Assembly: GCA_964276515.1 (NCBI GenBank) | Contig: OZ193910.1 | Location: 1,364,001 to 1,428,000, forward strand | DNA: 64,000 nt | Direction of reading: 5' to 3' | Source of the DNA: Gordius albopunctatus | Lineage: Eukaryota | Shown here: positions 23,615 through 36,104 of the stretch, in pieces | Layout of the letters: each line of letters opens with the position of its first letter | Numbering within the stretch: position 1 is the first letter of the stretch | The notes under the pieces: model-generated | What the model was told of the DNA's origin: nothing | Database searches by the model: none | The model's input: only the letters and a program-made list of their open reading frames with translations | Made by a program: the position numbers and the translations under genes

Positions 23615-26600
23615 CGCTTTTAGACAATTCTATTAAAGCATCTATAGAAAAGCCTACACTATCCCAAAATGTGAAACATGAAACAAGCAATCAGCTATTT
23701 AAGTAATGCTTATTATGATTATTATAACATAAACTAAATGATGCATACTTAAAAAATTCTGCATAATTCCAATTCAATGGATAGAAGAGATATTGTGTTA
23801 CACTTAGAATTTTATTATCTTAATGGCATTCTTTAACATCTCATCATCACAGCATTTTGATTTGTTTAACAGACAAGCAAATTGAAGCCCTCAAACATTC
23901 ATCACTAAACCAATTATGAACATTCAATTTAAACAAAAAATCATTCATCATTATATTAAACCAACAAAAAAAATACAAAGAGAAAGTGATTGATCAAATC
24001 CTCAGTATTGATTTTACTTCCAAACAACAATCATAAATCATGTGGAAGCATTAATCAACTTAACTATTATCAAAAGAAACTCCATGTTTACAAACACTTT
24101 ATAATGTTTCCATATCACAAAATGTAAGCAATGTATACCTTACAAGTTTTAATATGACCTTTGTTGAATCCTTTGAGCCTTTTTTTTTCTCCAATATCAT
24201 ACAATTAATAACACTTTTCCCAAATACTCTTTTGTATTATTAAACTTACAAAATTCTTATAAATCAAACAGCTTTAAAATAATCCCAACTTTAATTTTAA
24301 TTGTCCAATCTCATCAAGGTTTTTTCTTTAATTCCACATATGTTAATCTCTAAACCCCTATGCCCAACTTGTAAGCGACGAATATGCCTTGATAAACATA
24401 ATTGTTTCTGGATTCATGGTCCAGTGTCTTCAAGATGCCCTTCTTCGGGCAAATTACCTCCACCCTGCTTACCAATTCCACCCCTGGCTTCTAACTTTGA
24501 AGAGGCTCCCCTATTGCCAATTCCTAGCCCCGTCATCCCCCCATCCTTACAATGCTCCCCATCAATTAATCAACCGCCTGACTCATCTTGGAGCAATTCT
24601 TTTTTAACAAACCCATTTCCTAATACTATCTCCAGAATCCCAAGAGGAGCCAGACCTTCCATCCAACAATCTCTGCTAAATATATTCACTTCCATTATCA
24701 AAAACCCTTATAACTTAACCAATTGGGACAAACTTTTTAAATTCCCATATTATATCCTTTATGTTAGGGAACCTAATGAACATAATTTATCAAGCCTCAT
24801 CAAGGAATCCCTTCTGTGTTTTAATACTGATGTTCTCATTACATGCACAAGTAAAACAAAACCCTTTCCACTGGAACCCACAATTAACCAAACAGCCAAG
24901 CACATTTCAAATAAAATCCATAATTTCAATCCAAAAAGTGCCCTTAGAGCTTTTTATGATAACAACTCAATTGCCCCTTGTTGCCCTGACTCTTATAGGG
25001 AGCTTAATCAAAAACACCCAGCAGCATCATCAGCCAGTAAATACCCCACATCTCCATCATCAATAGTGCTCGAGTCTTCAGACATCCGTGAAGCCCTTAA
25101 CTCCTTTCCTTTGGACTCCGCAGCCGGACTCGACGGATGGCGCCCAGTATATCTACAAGATTTACTCAACCTGAATAATTTAAATACTGAACCTCTTTTA
25201 AATTCTATTACTTCCTTTTGTAATATCATTGTTAACGGAAAATTTCCTCATGAAATCATCCCTATTTTATTCGGTGCAAAACTTATCGCCATCAAAAAAC
25301 CGGATAATTCAGTTAGACCCATCGCCATTGGAAGTCTTTTTCGCCGTATTATATCAAAAACCCTCTGCAAACTCATAAAACCCTCCTTATCCGCCAAGCT
25401 CCGCCCTCATCAACTCGGCTTCGGAATTAAAGGCGGATGTGAGGCAGCCAGCCATGCTGGCCGGATCACACTCCAAAATATTCCCACCGAGTCCTGCTTT
25501 GTTAAATTAGATTTTGCCAATGCTTTTAACTGCATTCGAAGAGAAACCCTTATTAACACTTTTATAGCTGAATTCCCACAATTCGTAAATTACATTTTAT
25601 TAAGCTATGGTTCTACAACCAAGCTTCGATTCGGCGAATACGTCATTGACTCGTCCGAAGGCATCCAACAAGGAGACCCATTAGGTCCTCCTTTGTTTTG
25701 TTTAGCCATTCATAATTTAGTCGAGGCTATATCATCTCAGTGTATTCTGGATTTAAATGTTTGGTATCTCGACGACGCCACCCTATGTGGCCGCCCGGAG
25801 GAGATCAGTAAAGCTATACAAATTATCAACAATTTTAAACCCACTCTGAATCTTACATTAAACTCGAAAAAATGTGAAATCTTTCAGGCCCCCAACACTA
25901 TTCACTTTCCAATTTTTAAACCTTTTTTAGTTTTAGAGAAGGAAAACATATCCCTTTTGGGATCACCCATTGGCGGTGAAAAATCTCTCCTAAATTTTCT
26001 TCATAAGAACCTTGAAATTTTAAAATCTAAAACGGAACTTTTAAAATGCTTGCCAGCGCATCACTCATTTTACATAATCAAAAACTATTTTAACATCTCA
26101 AAGATTAATCATTGTTTTCGCTCATCTGGCGCATTTTTACACCAAGACGTTTTAAAGTCGTACGAAGGCTTTTTAAAAACGTTATTAGAAAAAATTTTAA
26201 ATTTAAAATTTAATACTAACAATTGGATTCAAGCATCCCTCCCAACCAAATCTGGAGGATTAGGAATTCGCCCTCCCGGCAGCATATCGCTAGCCGCTTT
26301 TATTTCCTCTTTTAAGTCGGTCCAAAACTTAATTTTTAATCTCATAAAACATGATTCCGACCCCCTGCTAACTCAAGCCTTGGAGCTTTGGAATTTGAAT
26401 GTCACACCCGAGACCATCCAACCTCAAAGTACGAGACAAAAAGATTGGGATTCTGGACTAGTATCGCGCTCCGTTGATTACCTCTTATCGAGCAGCGATG
26501 ATAGCCAGCATTACAACCTTAGGTCCCTCGCTTTTGACGGTTCCGGTCACGAGTGGCTTGAAGCCTATCCCAGCAAACTTTTGGGAATGCTGCTTGAAGA

Positions 26601-27307
26601 CTTTGAGCTATCATATTCCATAGCTTTAAGGTTGGGGATTAGTTACAGCAGAGAATTCAACTGTCAAAACTGCCTTACCGTTGTAGACGAATATGCTAGG
26701 CACCCTCTACACTGCCTAGCAAACAAATATAAATACGTTAGGCACACTAAAGCTAATTTATTAATTCAAGCTGCCCTTAAAAAGGCCAAAATCCCCTCAA
26801 TCCTTGAGCCGTCAGATCCCTCTCTTGAAGGTAGGATGCGCCCTGACGGCTCTTCTCTAGTCCCCTGGCAAAATGGCCTATCCCTCAAATGGGATTTTAC
26901 TTGTATTGACCTTTTTGCACCTTCCCATTTTAATTACGACCCTATCGCTACAGAAGAAGGGCGTAAAACTACAAAGTATTCTGCCCTTTTGGCATCCAAT
27001 ATTTTTATCCCTGTCGTTGCCACGTGCTCTGGTTCCTTTGGAAAACAGGCAATGGGGTTTTTTAAAGAAATCGGAAAACGCACCCCGAAATCTAAAATTT
27101 CTGCGTCCTTTTTACTCAGGCAACAACTAGGGATTCTTGTTGCACGATACAACTTTAAATCATTCGCCGACTCATGGCCCATTTTAGAAGAGAATGATAT
27201 AAATCTTTGTATTTAACCAATATGTCTTTATTTTTGTATTTCACTTATTAATGTAACTTTGTTTCTTGAAAATAAACTTTTTAACAAAAAAAAAAAAAAA
27301 AAAAAAA
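23615..27307 (+). mobile_element. Apparently intact CRE-clade (RLE-type) non-LTR retrotransposon
   Basis: ~700-bp AT-rich leader, a single long ORF, short 3' UTR with AATAAA (27271) and an uninterrupted poly(A) at 27286-27309; bounded by the 796-bp direct repeats. Confidence 0.9.
24340..27216 (+). CDS. CRE-like ORF: N-terminal Zn-binding motif, reverse transcriptase, CCHC finger and restriction-like endonuclease
   Basis: CPTC..HGP..RCPSSG; SAAGLDGWRP; VRPIAIG; KLDFANAFN; GIQQGDPLGPPLF; WYLDD; GGLGIR; CQNC..HPLHC..RH; RPDG..WDFTC..EGRKTTKY. The first ATG is at 24340 (the ORF track starts at TTG 24301). Confidence 0.9.
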   Translation: MLISKPLCPTCKRRICLDKHNCFWIHGPVSSRCPSSGKLPPPCLPIPPLASNFEEAPLLPIPSPVIPPSLQCSPSINQPPDSSWSNSFLTNPFPNTISRIPRGARPSIQQSLLNIFTSIIKNPYNLTNWDKLFKFPYYILYVREPNEHNLSSLIKESLLCFNTDVLITCTSKTKPFPLEPTINQTAKHISNKIHNFNPKSALRAFYDNNSIAPCCPDSYRELNQKHPAASSASKYPTSPSSIVLESSDIREALNSFPLDSAAGLDGWRPVYLQDLLNLNNLNTEPLLNSITSFCNIIVNGKFPHEIIPILFGAKLIAIKKPDNSVRPIAIGSLFRRIISKTLCKLIKPSLSAKLRPHQLGFGIKGGCEAASHAGRITLQNIPTESCFVKLDFANAFNCIRRETLINTFIAEFPQFVNYILLSYGSTTKLRFGEYVIDSSEGIQQGDPLGPPLFCLAIHNLVEAISSQCILDLNVWYLDDATLCGRPEEISKAIQIINNFKPTLNLTLNSKKCEIFQAPNTIHFPIFKPFLVLEKENISLLGSPIGGEKSLLNFLHKNLEILKSKTELLKCLPAHHSFYIIKNYFNISKINHCFRSSGAFLHQDVLKSYEGFLKTLLEKILNLKFNTNNWIQASLPTKSGGLGIRPPGSISLAAFISSFKSVQNLIFNLIKHDSDPLLTQALELWNLNVTPETIQPQSTRQKDWDSGLVSRSVDYLLSSSDDSQHYNLRSLAFDGSGHEWLEAYPSKLLGMLLEDFELSYSIALRLGISYSREFNCQNCLTVVDEYARHPLHCLANKYKYVRHTKANLLIQAALKKAKIPSILEPSDPSLEGRMRPDGSSLVPWQNGLSLKWDFTCIDLFAPSHFNYDPIATEEGRKTTKYSALLASNIFIPVVATCSGSFGKQAMGFFKEIGKRTPKSKISASFLLRQQLGILVARYNFKSFADSWPILEENDINLCI

Positions 27308-28103
27308 AATGAAGCTATACAACACAAAAAAACGTTGTTTATTTTAACATGCGAATTTTTACTTTTTATGCTACCATTTAATATATTTGAAGTTTTGAAT
27401 GATTTTGTTTATCAATTATTAGACCCCGTTACTTTAAATGATATTTTCCAAATTTTATCCATGCTACGATTCATTAACTTAGCTTTCTCCTTTTACGTCA
27501 ATTACATATTTAATTCAATTTACCGCGAAAAAGTGAACAAGCTGTGGACCAACTTCAATGAAGTTTACATAGAGAAATGACCAATCTTCAATTATTTATT
27601 TATATATTTCTAATTTTTTATAGCCTTATTATTATTGTCGCATGTTAAACTCTTATTGTCTTTTAATGACTCTGGTGCCAAGAAACTTGTTAAACCCGTT
27701 GATTAGTCATTAGATTCATTGTGACACTTGTGTGGGAAAGACATGTAAGTTTTCATTGAATTAAGAGTCCCTACAATTTTTAGTGCACTTTATGCAACTG
27801 ATAAATTTAGACATACAGGGGGAAACCTTTATGGATATGTAAAAATTAAGGGGTTGTGTTATATAAGGATACATGAAGGTGATTTTTGTGTTTGCGTATT
27901 ACTATGTAGTCTTATAATGTTTGCACTTTATTATAATTATCCAATATCTTCACAATATATAATTTAAGGATAAATTTCTATTTCCTATCTATATTCAATA
28001 CATTGTATGTCTTTATACATTGAAGCTGACCTCGATATTTAATTTATAGTTTTCTTTTTACCTCAACCGAGCCAGAAATACCTTGTAGTGGTTGTTGAGC
28101 TTG
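27308..28103 (+). repeat. 796-bp direct repeat, right copy, containing a duplicated GPCR 3' fragment (27308-27580)
   Basis: Begins directly after the poly(A) with AATGAAGCTATACAACAC (NEAIQHKK...), matching 22819 onward. Confidence 0.92.
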
Positions 28104-31100
28104 TGTACTCTCGTGATCCAAGAAGCTATACCTTTGGTAGCCAAATACAATTTTTATGTTTGTTACTGGTGGGGTCACCCTATTGGCAAGGTTCTTGGTG
28201 AAGGGTCAGACTAAATTTTCTGGGCTTTTTGAGGGAGTACTTAGTGAAATGGAAGTGCTAGATTAAGCCTATCAATACGAGTGGTCCAAATAAAATTTTA
28301 ATTCACCAAAATGACTGCATCATAAAGAATAATAGGTAGTCAAGCGCCAAAATCTAACATAGTTCCGTCAGGCTTGGAATGCCGGGATATCAATACTCCC
28401 TCATTCCATATAAACCAAAATGTATACTGCAACAAAGACGCAGAATGAAAACCATAGGGCATCCCCCTTAAGCAACACGCGCATTCTTCGCCTGGAATGT
28501 ATGGAAAATAAACGAAGGCTACCACTGTCTCAACAAACGGAAGCGGTTAAAGACATTCGTTTGCGTGGGATAAAGTTTATGTCATGGAATATTGGTACAA
28601 TGATTAGCAAGAGCCGAGAATTGGCAGACGTTCTAAGGAGGAGAAAAATCGATATCGCGTGTATACAAGAGACCAAATGCATAGGGGACGGATACAAATT
28701 ATATTTTTACGGTACAGAAACTCACCGAAATGGCGTCGGTATAAGGCTATCGGAAGAATTTCAGCAAACTGTCTTCGACGTTAAAAGAATCAATGACAGA
28801 ATTATGGCGATACAGCTTTGTTATAAATCTACTACGATAAACATTATATCAGCATACGCCCCTCAAAGCGGATGCTCTGAGACGGAAAAAGAGTGTTTTT
28901 GGAAGGAAATTGAAGATGTTTTATCCCAATTCGGTATAGAGGGAAGAATAGTTATCGGAGCGGACCTCAATGGACACGTGGGCAAATCAAGGGGAGGATT
29001 TAAAATGAATCATGGTGGCCGGGGTTACGGCCTAAGAAATGAAGGAGGCACGAAAATTCTAGAAATTGCTCAAGCTTTTGACCTAGCAATAGGAAATACC
29101 TTCTTCAAAAAGAGACAGGAACATCTGATAACGTACAAAAGCGGCAGCCGTACCATTCAGATAGATTTATTTCTAGTCAACAGAGCGCACTTAAAGTATG
29201 TTCAAAATGTTAAAGTAATACCGAGTAAAATATTGTCCTGCCACAAGCTGTTGGTGATGGACTTTATATTAAAGGGCAAAAGGTACAAAGAGTAGCCGCT
29301 ACTATACAATGGAGGAAACTAAAGGATAATATTCAACATTTTAAGGAACAGGTAATTAAACATGCTGAATTTAAGGAAAATACTTCATGTGAGGATCAAT
29401 GAAATGGTATAGCTGCCACAATGCGAAAAGCTGGAGGACAAATACTAGGTGAAAGCAAGCCCACTAAAAGAATTCTCAAGGAGACGTGGTGGTGGAATGA
29501 AGAAGTGCAAAAATGTATTAAGGAAAAGAAGAGATTATACAAAGTTTGGTATAAAAGCAAGGATAGTAATGATAAGCAAGCTTACCAAGTAGCTAAAAGA
29601 TCTGCTAAAAAATCCGTAGCGAAAGCTAAAAACAAGGTGTACGACGATATAAATGTAAAACTAAACTCAAAGGAAGAAGAAAGATTGATCTACAAAATTG
29701 CAAAGTCAGGGCCCGAAATTCTAAAGATTACCTAGAATGCCGGCTAATCAAGGGTCAAAAGGGATAAATACTAACACACCACAGCCATATACTACAAAGA
29801 TGGTACGACTATTATAGCGATTTATTAATTGAAAAGGGGCCCGTAGTCGAAGACACTAACCAGGAAAATACAATAGGAGAATTAAGCACAGCGGACTGGA
29901 TCACGGAAACAGAAGTGAAAGTTGCTATGGGTAAACTAAAGTCAGGAAAAGCTCTTGGACCCGACAATATACCAATAGAGGGCTTCAAAGCGTTAGGCAA
30001 TACTGGTACACTATTCCTCGCCAATCTTTTCAACAATATCTTGAAAACGGGTAAAATGCCTAACGATTGGAGGGATAGCTACATGATCCCGATATACAAG
30101 ATGAAAGGGGACATTCAGGATTGCAACAATTACAGAGGGATAAAATTTATGAGTCACACTTTCAAGGTGTGGGAAAAAGTGATCGAAAAACGGCTTCGGA
30201 GTATGGTTCAAATTCGAGATAACCGATTCGGATATATGCCGGAGAGGTCTACAGTAGACGCTCTAAACAGTGTTAGAAGATTAATGGAACGGTTTAAAGA
30301 AAGGGAAGGGGATTTGCACATGTGTTTCATCAATCTAGAAAAAGCGTTTGATAAATTTTCTCGTAATTTAGTTTGGAAATGTCTTGAAGAAAGCAATGTG
30401 CCAGAAGTCTACGTCAGTGCAATAAAGGATATGTACAAGGCAAATAGAACGTACGTTAGAACAACGGTGGGGACTACAAAGGGCTTTGCCATTAATACTG
30501 GAGTCCATCAAGGTTCAGATCTTAGTCCCTTCCTATTCATAATGATAATGGATAATATTACCAAGGATTTGGGCGAGGAAGCTCCTTGGGCAATGATCTT
30601 TGCAGACGATATAATCCTCTGTGCCAAAAGTGATCAAGAATTGGGTAATACTGTAAATAGATGGGTAAATGCAATAGAAGAAAGTGGTCTCAGGTTAAAT
30701 TGAAAGAAAACAGAATACACGATGACAAAGTTTAAATCGGATGAAAATCAGCAAAGTGCAACCCTTACTTTAGGCGATTGGCAACTTACAAGTGTGGATT
30801 CCTTCAAATATTTAGGATCAACACTTCAATCCGATGGTGGAATGGATAAAGAAATCCAAGCAAGGATAAATTCCGGATGGCTCAAGTGGAGGGACTTGAC
30901 AGGTGTTCTGTGCGACAAAAACATCCCGAGAAGACTAAAAGGCGCACTGTATAAATCCATCATACAACCAACAGTCCTGTATAGCTCGGAATCATGGGCT
31001 TTAAGTAAAAGAGACGAGCAACGTCTTGCGGCCATGGAGATGAGAATGCTAAGATGGGTGCTAGGAGTAAACAAAAAGGACCATAGGCGAAAGGAAGAAA

Positions 31101-31398
31101 TTAGAAGAATTTTGGGTACTACATCAATTGCGATAAAGCTCCTAACAAATAGACTAAGATGGTATGGCCATGTAGAAAGAAGGGACGATATCTACGTAGG
31201 AAAGAAAATCGAGATGATAAATTTCGCAGGAAAACGAAAGAGAAGAAGAACCAAGCTTACCTGGATTCATAAAATACGGCATGATATGAAAGTCCACAAG
31301 ATAAAGAAAGATCTATGTAAACATAGAAACAAATGGAAACGAATGCTGAATGGACTGACTACCAGCCTAGGTGACAAGCAGTCATAGAAAGAAGAAGA
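28062..31398 (+). mobile_element. Near full-length RTE-clade LINE, inactivated
   Basis: 14-bp TSD AGTTTTCTTTTTAC (28048-28061, 31399-31412); APE motifs SWNIGT, IACIQETK, SAYAPQ, GADLNGH, QIDLFL; RT motifs GVHQGSDLSP and FADD; (GAA)n tail; several stops and frameshifts. Confidence 0.93.
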
Positions 31399-33129
31399 AG
31401 TTTTCTTTTTACAATAACGAGTATTATTTTGACATAAGTGAGTTTTATTTAAATATCTTCTGGATCTTCAACCTATTCTTTGATTGATGATACATGTGTG
31501 TTGCTGGTTATTACGAAAATAGCTTTTAACTAGAGCGGTATGAGGTTAATATGGCAGCGCGTGTGTTGGAATTAATAGAGTTTAACATTAAGGATGATTT
31601 ATCAAAGATAAAATAAATTCGATTAATTTCGGCATATGCCACACCTCACCCTCTATCGAAATGCCCTCGGGTTAATAATTATCTAGTTAGTGGTCGAGGC
31701 GAATTTAGCTAGAGATTGAGACCAATTTACCTTATCAATTTTAATATGCCATAATTCAAATTTATGCCTATCGACATCGACACCACTTACCAAAACCAAG
31801 GATCCGGGTTTCTTATAAAAATCCCGTTCCTGATAAACCAAGGTTGAAAAATTAACTGAGTTCAGTGCCCCAAAAAACCAAGGTTTTAGGTTCTTTTCTA
31901 CAAACCATTACCTTATTACCCGGTTTGTAGTATCAATTTCTAAAAACTTTTCTGGCATTTCTCTCAAAATATTAATACAATCCATAACATTATTTTGTTT
32001 ACATTGTCCCAGATTTTATAAATCATCATTTCTCTCGCCGCTCCTCCCTGCTTTTATAAAAATCATGCGCCAACCGCTAAATTATATTAACAGAAAACGC
32101 GATGAGGGGTTGAAAAATATTAATAACAAATTTTTGTAATATATATTTTTAATTTATAGTGTGTGAGTAATTCCAATGTGTGTGAATTCACTCTTACCAG
32201 ACATGGCGAGTTTTGAACTTTAGAATTCCTAAGGGTTACTTTTGAATAATTGATATTTGTATCTGAATCATCTGTTTTAAGGTGAATTACGGAATATCGA
32301 GGAATTTTTTTTTCGCTTCGTCAGGTGATAATTAATGGGCTTCGATGCTAAGCATTTTAATTTCAAGAATGTGCTTCATTCTATTCAGAAGAAGGGTGGG
32401 GGGAGGAAGATTTGTTCCAAATTGTTTTAAACAACTTCTCCATATAAATTATTTTTAATTATTTCCTTTCCTTTTGTTGAACAATTCAGGTTTCTTCCTT
32501 CGAGTGTGTAAAAAACTTCTGACACCAGTAATAAATTATCCGACTATAATAATTATAATAGAATTTATTTAAGTTTAATGGCTCTTGTAATTGTGCTTTT
32601 AAACTACCGCATAAACTAATTTATTTATTTATATATTCGCGACCAATGATACGCGCGCGAAGATTATTACTTTTCTAATTTTATTAACGTTACATTTGTT
32701 CCACTCGTAAATATATTTGTGTAAGTGAAAGTGAAAAAGTGATCTTTTAATATGCGATGCAATAAAATAATCGATGAGATAACTGGTAATAATAATGATT
32801 TATCCAATATCTTCCAAATTAATATTCATCATGACTTTTTAACAAAAGCGTATCTTCTTTTGTGGCACAAGGGTATTTTTATATAAATAACGTATAGTGG
32901 TTGGAAACGTAACATATCTTCTTCGTGATTGATGGCAGCGCGTGTGCAGGAATTAATAGAATTTGACATTAAGGATGATTTGGGATTTATTAAAGATAAA
33001 AATAAATTAGCTAAATTTCGGCATAACCGTAACCGTATGCCACAGTGACTTAAGCTGTTGAAAGTGTTTTTAAGCGGATTTTGCAAAATGTAATTAGTTT
33101 CTTTTTTAAAAAGTAACTTTAATTACAGT

Positions 33130-33180
33130 TAACACTACCTACGACGGTCCCAAGTCCGTGTGCAAAAAGTGGAGGGTTGG
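33130..33180 (+). ncRNA. Twister ribozyme (P1 type) at the 5' end of an RTE element
   Basis: TAACACTACC-TACG-ACGG-TCCCAAGT-CCGT-GTGCAAAA-AGTG-GAGGG fits the recalled twister consensus UAACACUGCC..CCGGUCCCAAGCCCGG..AGUGGAGGG; stems CACT/AGTG and ACGG/CCGT are present. Confidence 0.8.
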
Positions 33181-33452
33181 CGTCAGGTCGGAAACTGGCT
33201 AAAAAATCAACTCCAAAACTATGATAGTTTCAAACAGGATTTTACAAGAAAAGGCTAGGGCGTCCTCCACAAACGACGCGCACTGCATACCCCGCCCGTG
33301 CAATGTGAAAAACACACTAGGGTTACTGCCCAACTCACAGCAAAGGCGGTTAAGGAAACTAGTTGTGAAAAGAATGCGAATTACGTGCTGGAATGTGGGA
33401 ACGTTGACGTGGAAGAGCATCGAGGTCGCACAGATGCTAAAAAGAAGAAAGG
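33131..33452 (+). mobile_element. 5' fragment of a second RTE family
   Basis: Leader followed by the APE start MRITCWNVGTLTWKSIEVAQMLKRRKV, then an abrupt switch into GPCR upstream sequence; the same leader recurs at 34466-34680. Confidence 0.82.
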
Positions 33453-33591
33453 TACACTACACACCAACGACCAATTTAATTAATTATAGTTTACATTTGG
33501 CAATGGCCTTGATTTAATATGCACTGTAATCTTATAAATAATCATCCCGATCAATTGTCTAGGGATGTGTAAAAATCATACCAAACTCCTT

Positions 33592-34299
33592 ATGAACTAT
33601 TCCACTAATAACTGCGTTGATTCTTCCCATATTCCTTTACCTATCCAAAATATTGTTACCAGATTTTATCACAGAGCTGCATACATAATATTGATTTGTG
33701 GCATCATAGGGAATGGCATGGCAATCTTTGTCTTAGTCCCACCTAAAAAACTGTGCAAAAAAATAGGCGCTTCTAAGGGTAACACCACTATTTTAGTCAA
33801 CAACTTCATACTAACGCTCTTTCACATCATGAGTCTCAGCCGTTTTAACGCTTATAGTTATTCCAATAATGAAATTCTATAGCGATCAACGATGATACGG
33901 AGTCTGGATAAGTAAAAGTTGGGCTATTTACTCAGGTGATGCCCATTATCCAATAGCTAACGGTATGATCTCTTTCACTTTTCTACTCTATTTCGTTTAT
34001 TATGCCAACCAAGTGTTAGCCGTTTTCTACCCTCACAAATACAAAAGTTTGGTCACGCATCGCAATTTATGCCTCGTCCTAGCAGCAATGGCTTTTTATT
34101 GCTTCGCTTGGTATATTCCTACATTGAAGTGGTTAGACGTTATACCTATACAATTGTGTCCCAAAGTAGGCGAAGCGAAAGGTATGACCATATACATAAC
34201 TAAAGAATGGCAGCCTAAGACAATAAAGATTTTGCGCCTATGGAATACGTACCAAATATTAAAAGAACTTTCGGTTAAAATAATACCTTTCATCTGCAT
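33592..34299 (+). pseudogene. GPCR paralogue pseudogene (copy 4)
   Basis: Homologous to copies 1 and 2; 2-bp deletion near 33837, CGA>TGA stop at 33893, truncated in TM5 at ~34299. Confidence 0.9.
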
Positions 34300-36104
34300 A
34301 TGATTATAGAATAATTACGATCTTATCAATGAATACCATTGATATATGATAAATTTCACGGTGAATATAAAGATATTAATAAAATAAATGAAAAGTTTAA
34401 TAAATTAGCCCAAAAATTCACTTCGCTTTTTTTCGCTTTCGCGCGTCATCACGAACGCGAGATAAGACGGTCCCATGTCCGCGTGCAAAAAGTGGAGGGT
34501 TGGCGTCAAGTCAGAAACCGGGTATAAAAACCAACTCCAAAATCATGATAGTTTCAAATAAAACTTTACAACATAAAGCTAGAGCGTGCTCCACAAACGA
34601 CGCACGCTGATATTCCGCCCGTGCAATGTGAAAAATACATTAGTGTTACTGTACGACTCACAATGAAGGCAGTTAAGGAAATTTAAGGAACTTATGAATA
34701 TTGCGAATGACAAAGATTTCCTTCCCGATATTGAGTCAAACATAAGTATGGTCGAAATCTTTCAGGATGATGAAGTTAGAACACAAATGAACAAGATGCA
34801 AAAAGGAAGAGCTAATGGCCCAGATGTAATACCTATGGAAGCAGTGCTCGGATGCCGTGAAGAAGGAGTAACGACCATGACGAACCTCCTTAACAAGATA
34901 TTGGTAGAAGATCGAATCCCTAATCAATGGAGAGCAAGCACGATTATACCCTTATTTAAAGGTAAAGGAGACCCTCAGGACTGCGGCAATTACAGAGGTA
35001 TCAAGCTAACTTGCCACTCCTTGAAGCTTATGGAAAAAATCCTAGTAAGAAGGTTGAAAAACGAGGTGGATTTATCGGCTAACCAATTCCAATTTGTGGC
35101 CGGTAAATCCACAAACGACCAATCTTCGCCTGGAAAAATATAGTGAAAAGATAAGATACTTACGAATGAGATCTTTATCGATTTGGGGAATGCTTATGAC
35201 ACAGTCTTTCGGGATTTAATATGGTTGTGCCTGAGGAAACAAAATATCCTTGCGGCTTATGAAAAATATTTATGAAGCCTCAAATTTATGCCTTAGTAAA
35301 CTCGAAACCTTTTTAGGTTGAAATTGGATTACATCAAGGATCTCCTCTATTATTTAATAAAATTATGGTCACGATAACAAGAGACATTTAATAGTTATTG
35401 CCATGATTTATGCAATATGCCGATGATATAGTACTTTGCGAGGAAACAAAAGAGAAAGTATTCAAAGAAGTCGAAAAGTGGTAAAGCGCTTAGCTTGATA
35501 TGGTTTAAAGGTCAACGATCGAAACAAGGTATACATGTAAACGAACGTTACTAGCAGCCCTTCGCTAGATGACCATCTAAAGTACCCAAAAGTAGACAAG
35601 TTTACATACCATGCCACATCAAGAGAGAGTTTGCGCAACGGAAGTCAATGCCCGGATCCAAAAAGGATGGCTTAAATGGCGAAGTATATCCGGTGTAATG
35701 TGCGAAAAGAAAATGCCAATATGGTTGAAGATCAAATCTTACGAATCCATCGTGATATCGGTGTTACTCTATGGAAGTGAAACATATCAATTAAACACGA
35801 CGGAAGAAAAGCTATTACAAGCCATAGAGATAAGAATGATACGCTGGAGCTGTATACTAAGCTCGTCCATTTGACGAATGATTTTCTCATGACAAAAAAT
35901 GGGTATTCTATTCAACCTATGGCGGACATGATTAACGAAAATCGGCTAAGGTGGTATGGGCACATATTAAGAAGAGAGACGAATGATGCAAATCGAAAGG
36001 TACTGGACATGGAGGTACCAGGAAAGATAGGAAGAGGACGACCTCGTGTCACTTGGAAAGGGCAAGTCGATAAAGTTATGAAAACAAAAAATATTAGTCA
36101 AGAC

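Noticed and set aside
27266..27580. 104-aa ORF as an independent gene or LINE-GPCR fusion
   Set aside because: TTG start, runs through the poly(A) (poly-Lys) into the duplicated GPCR tail; the CRE ORF has already stopped at 27216.
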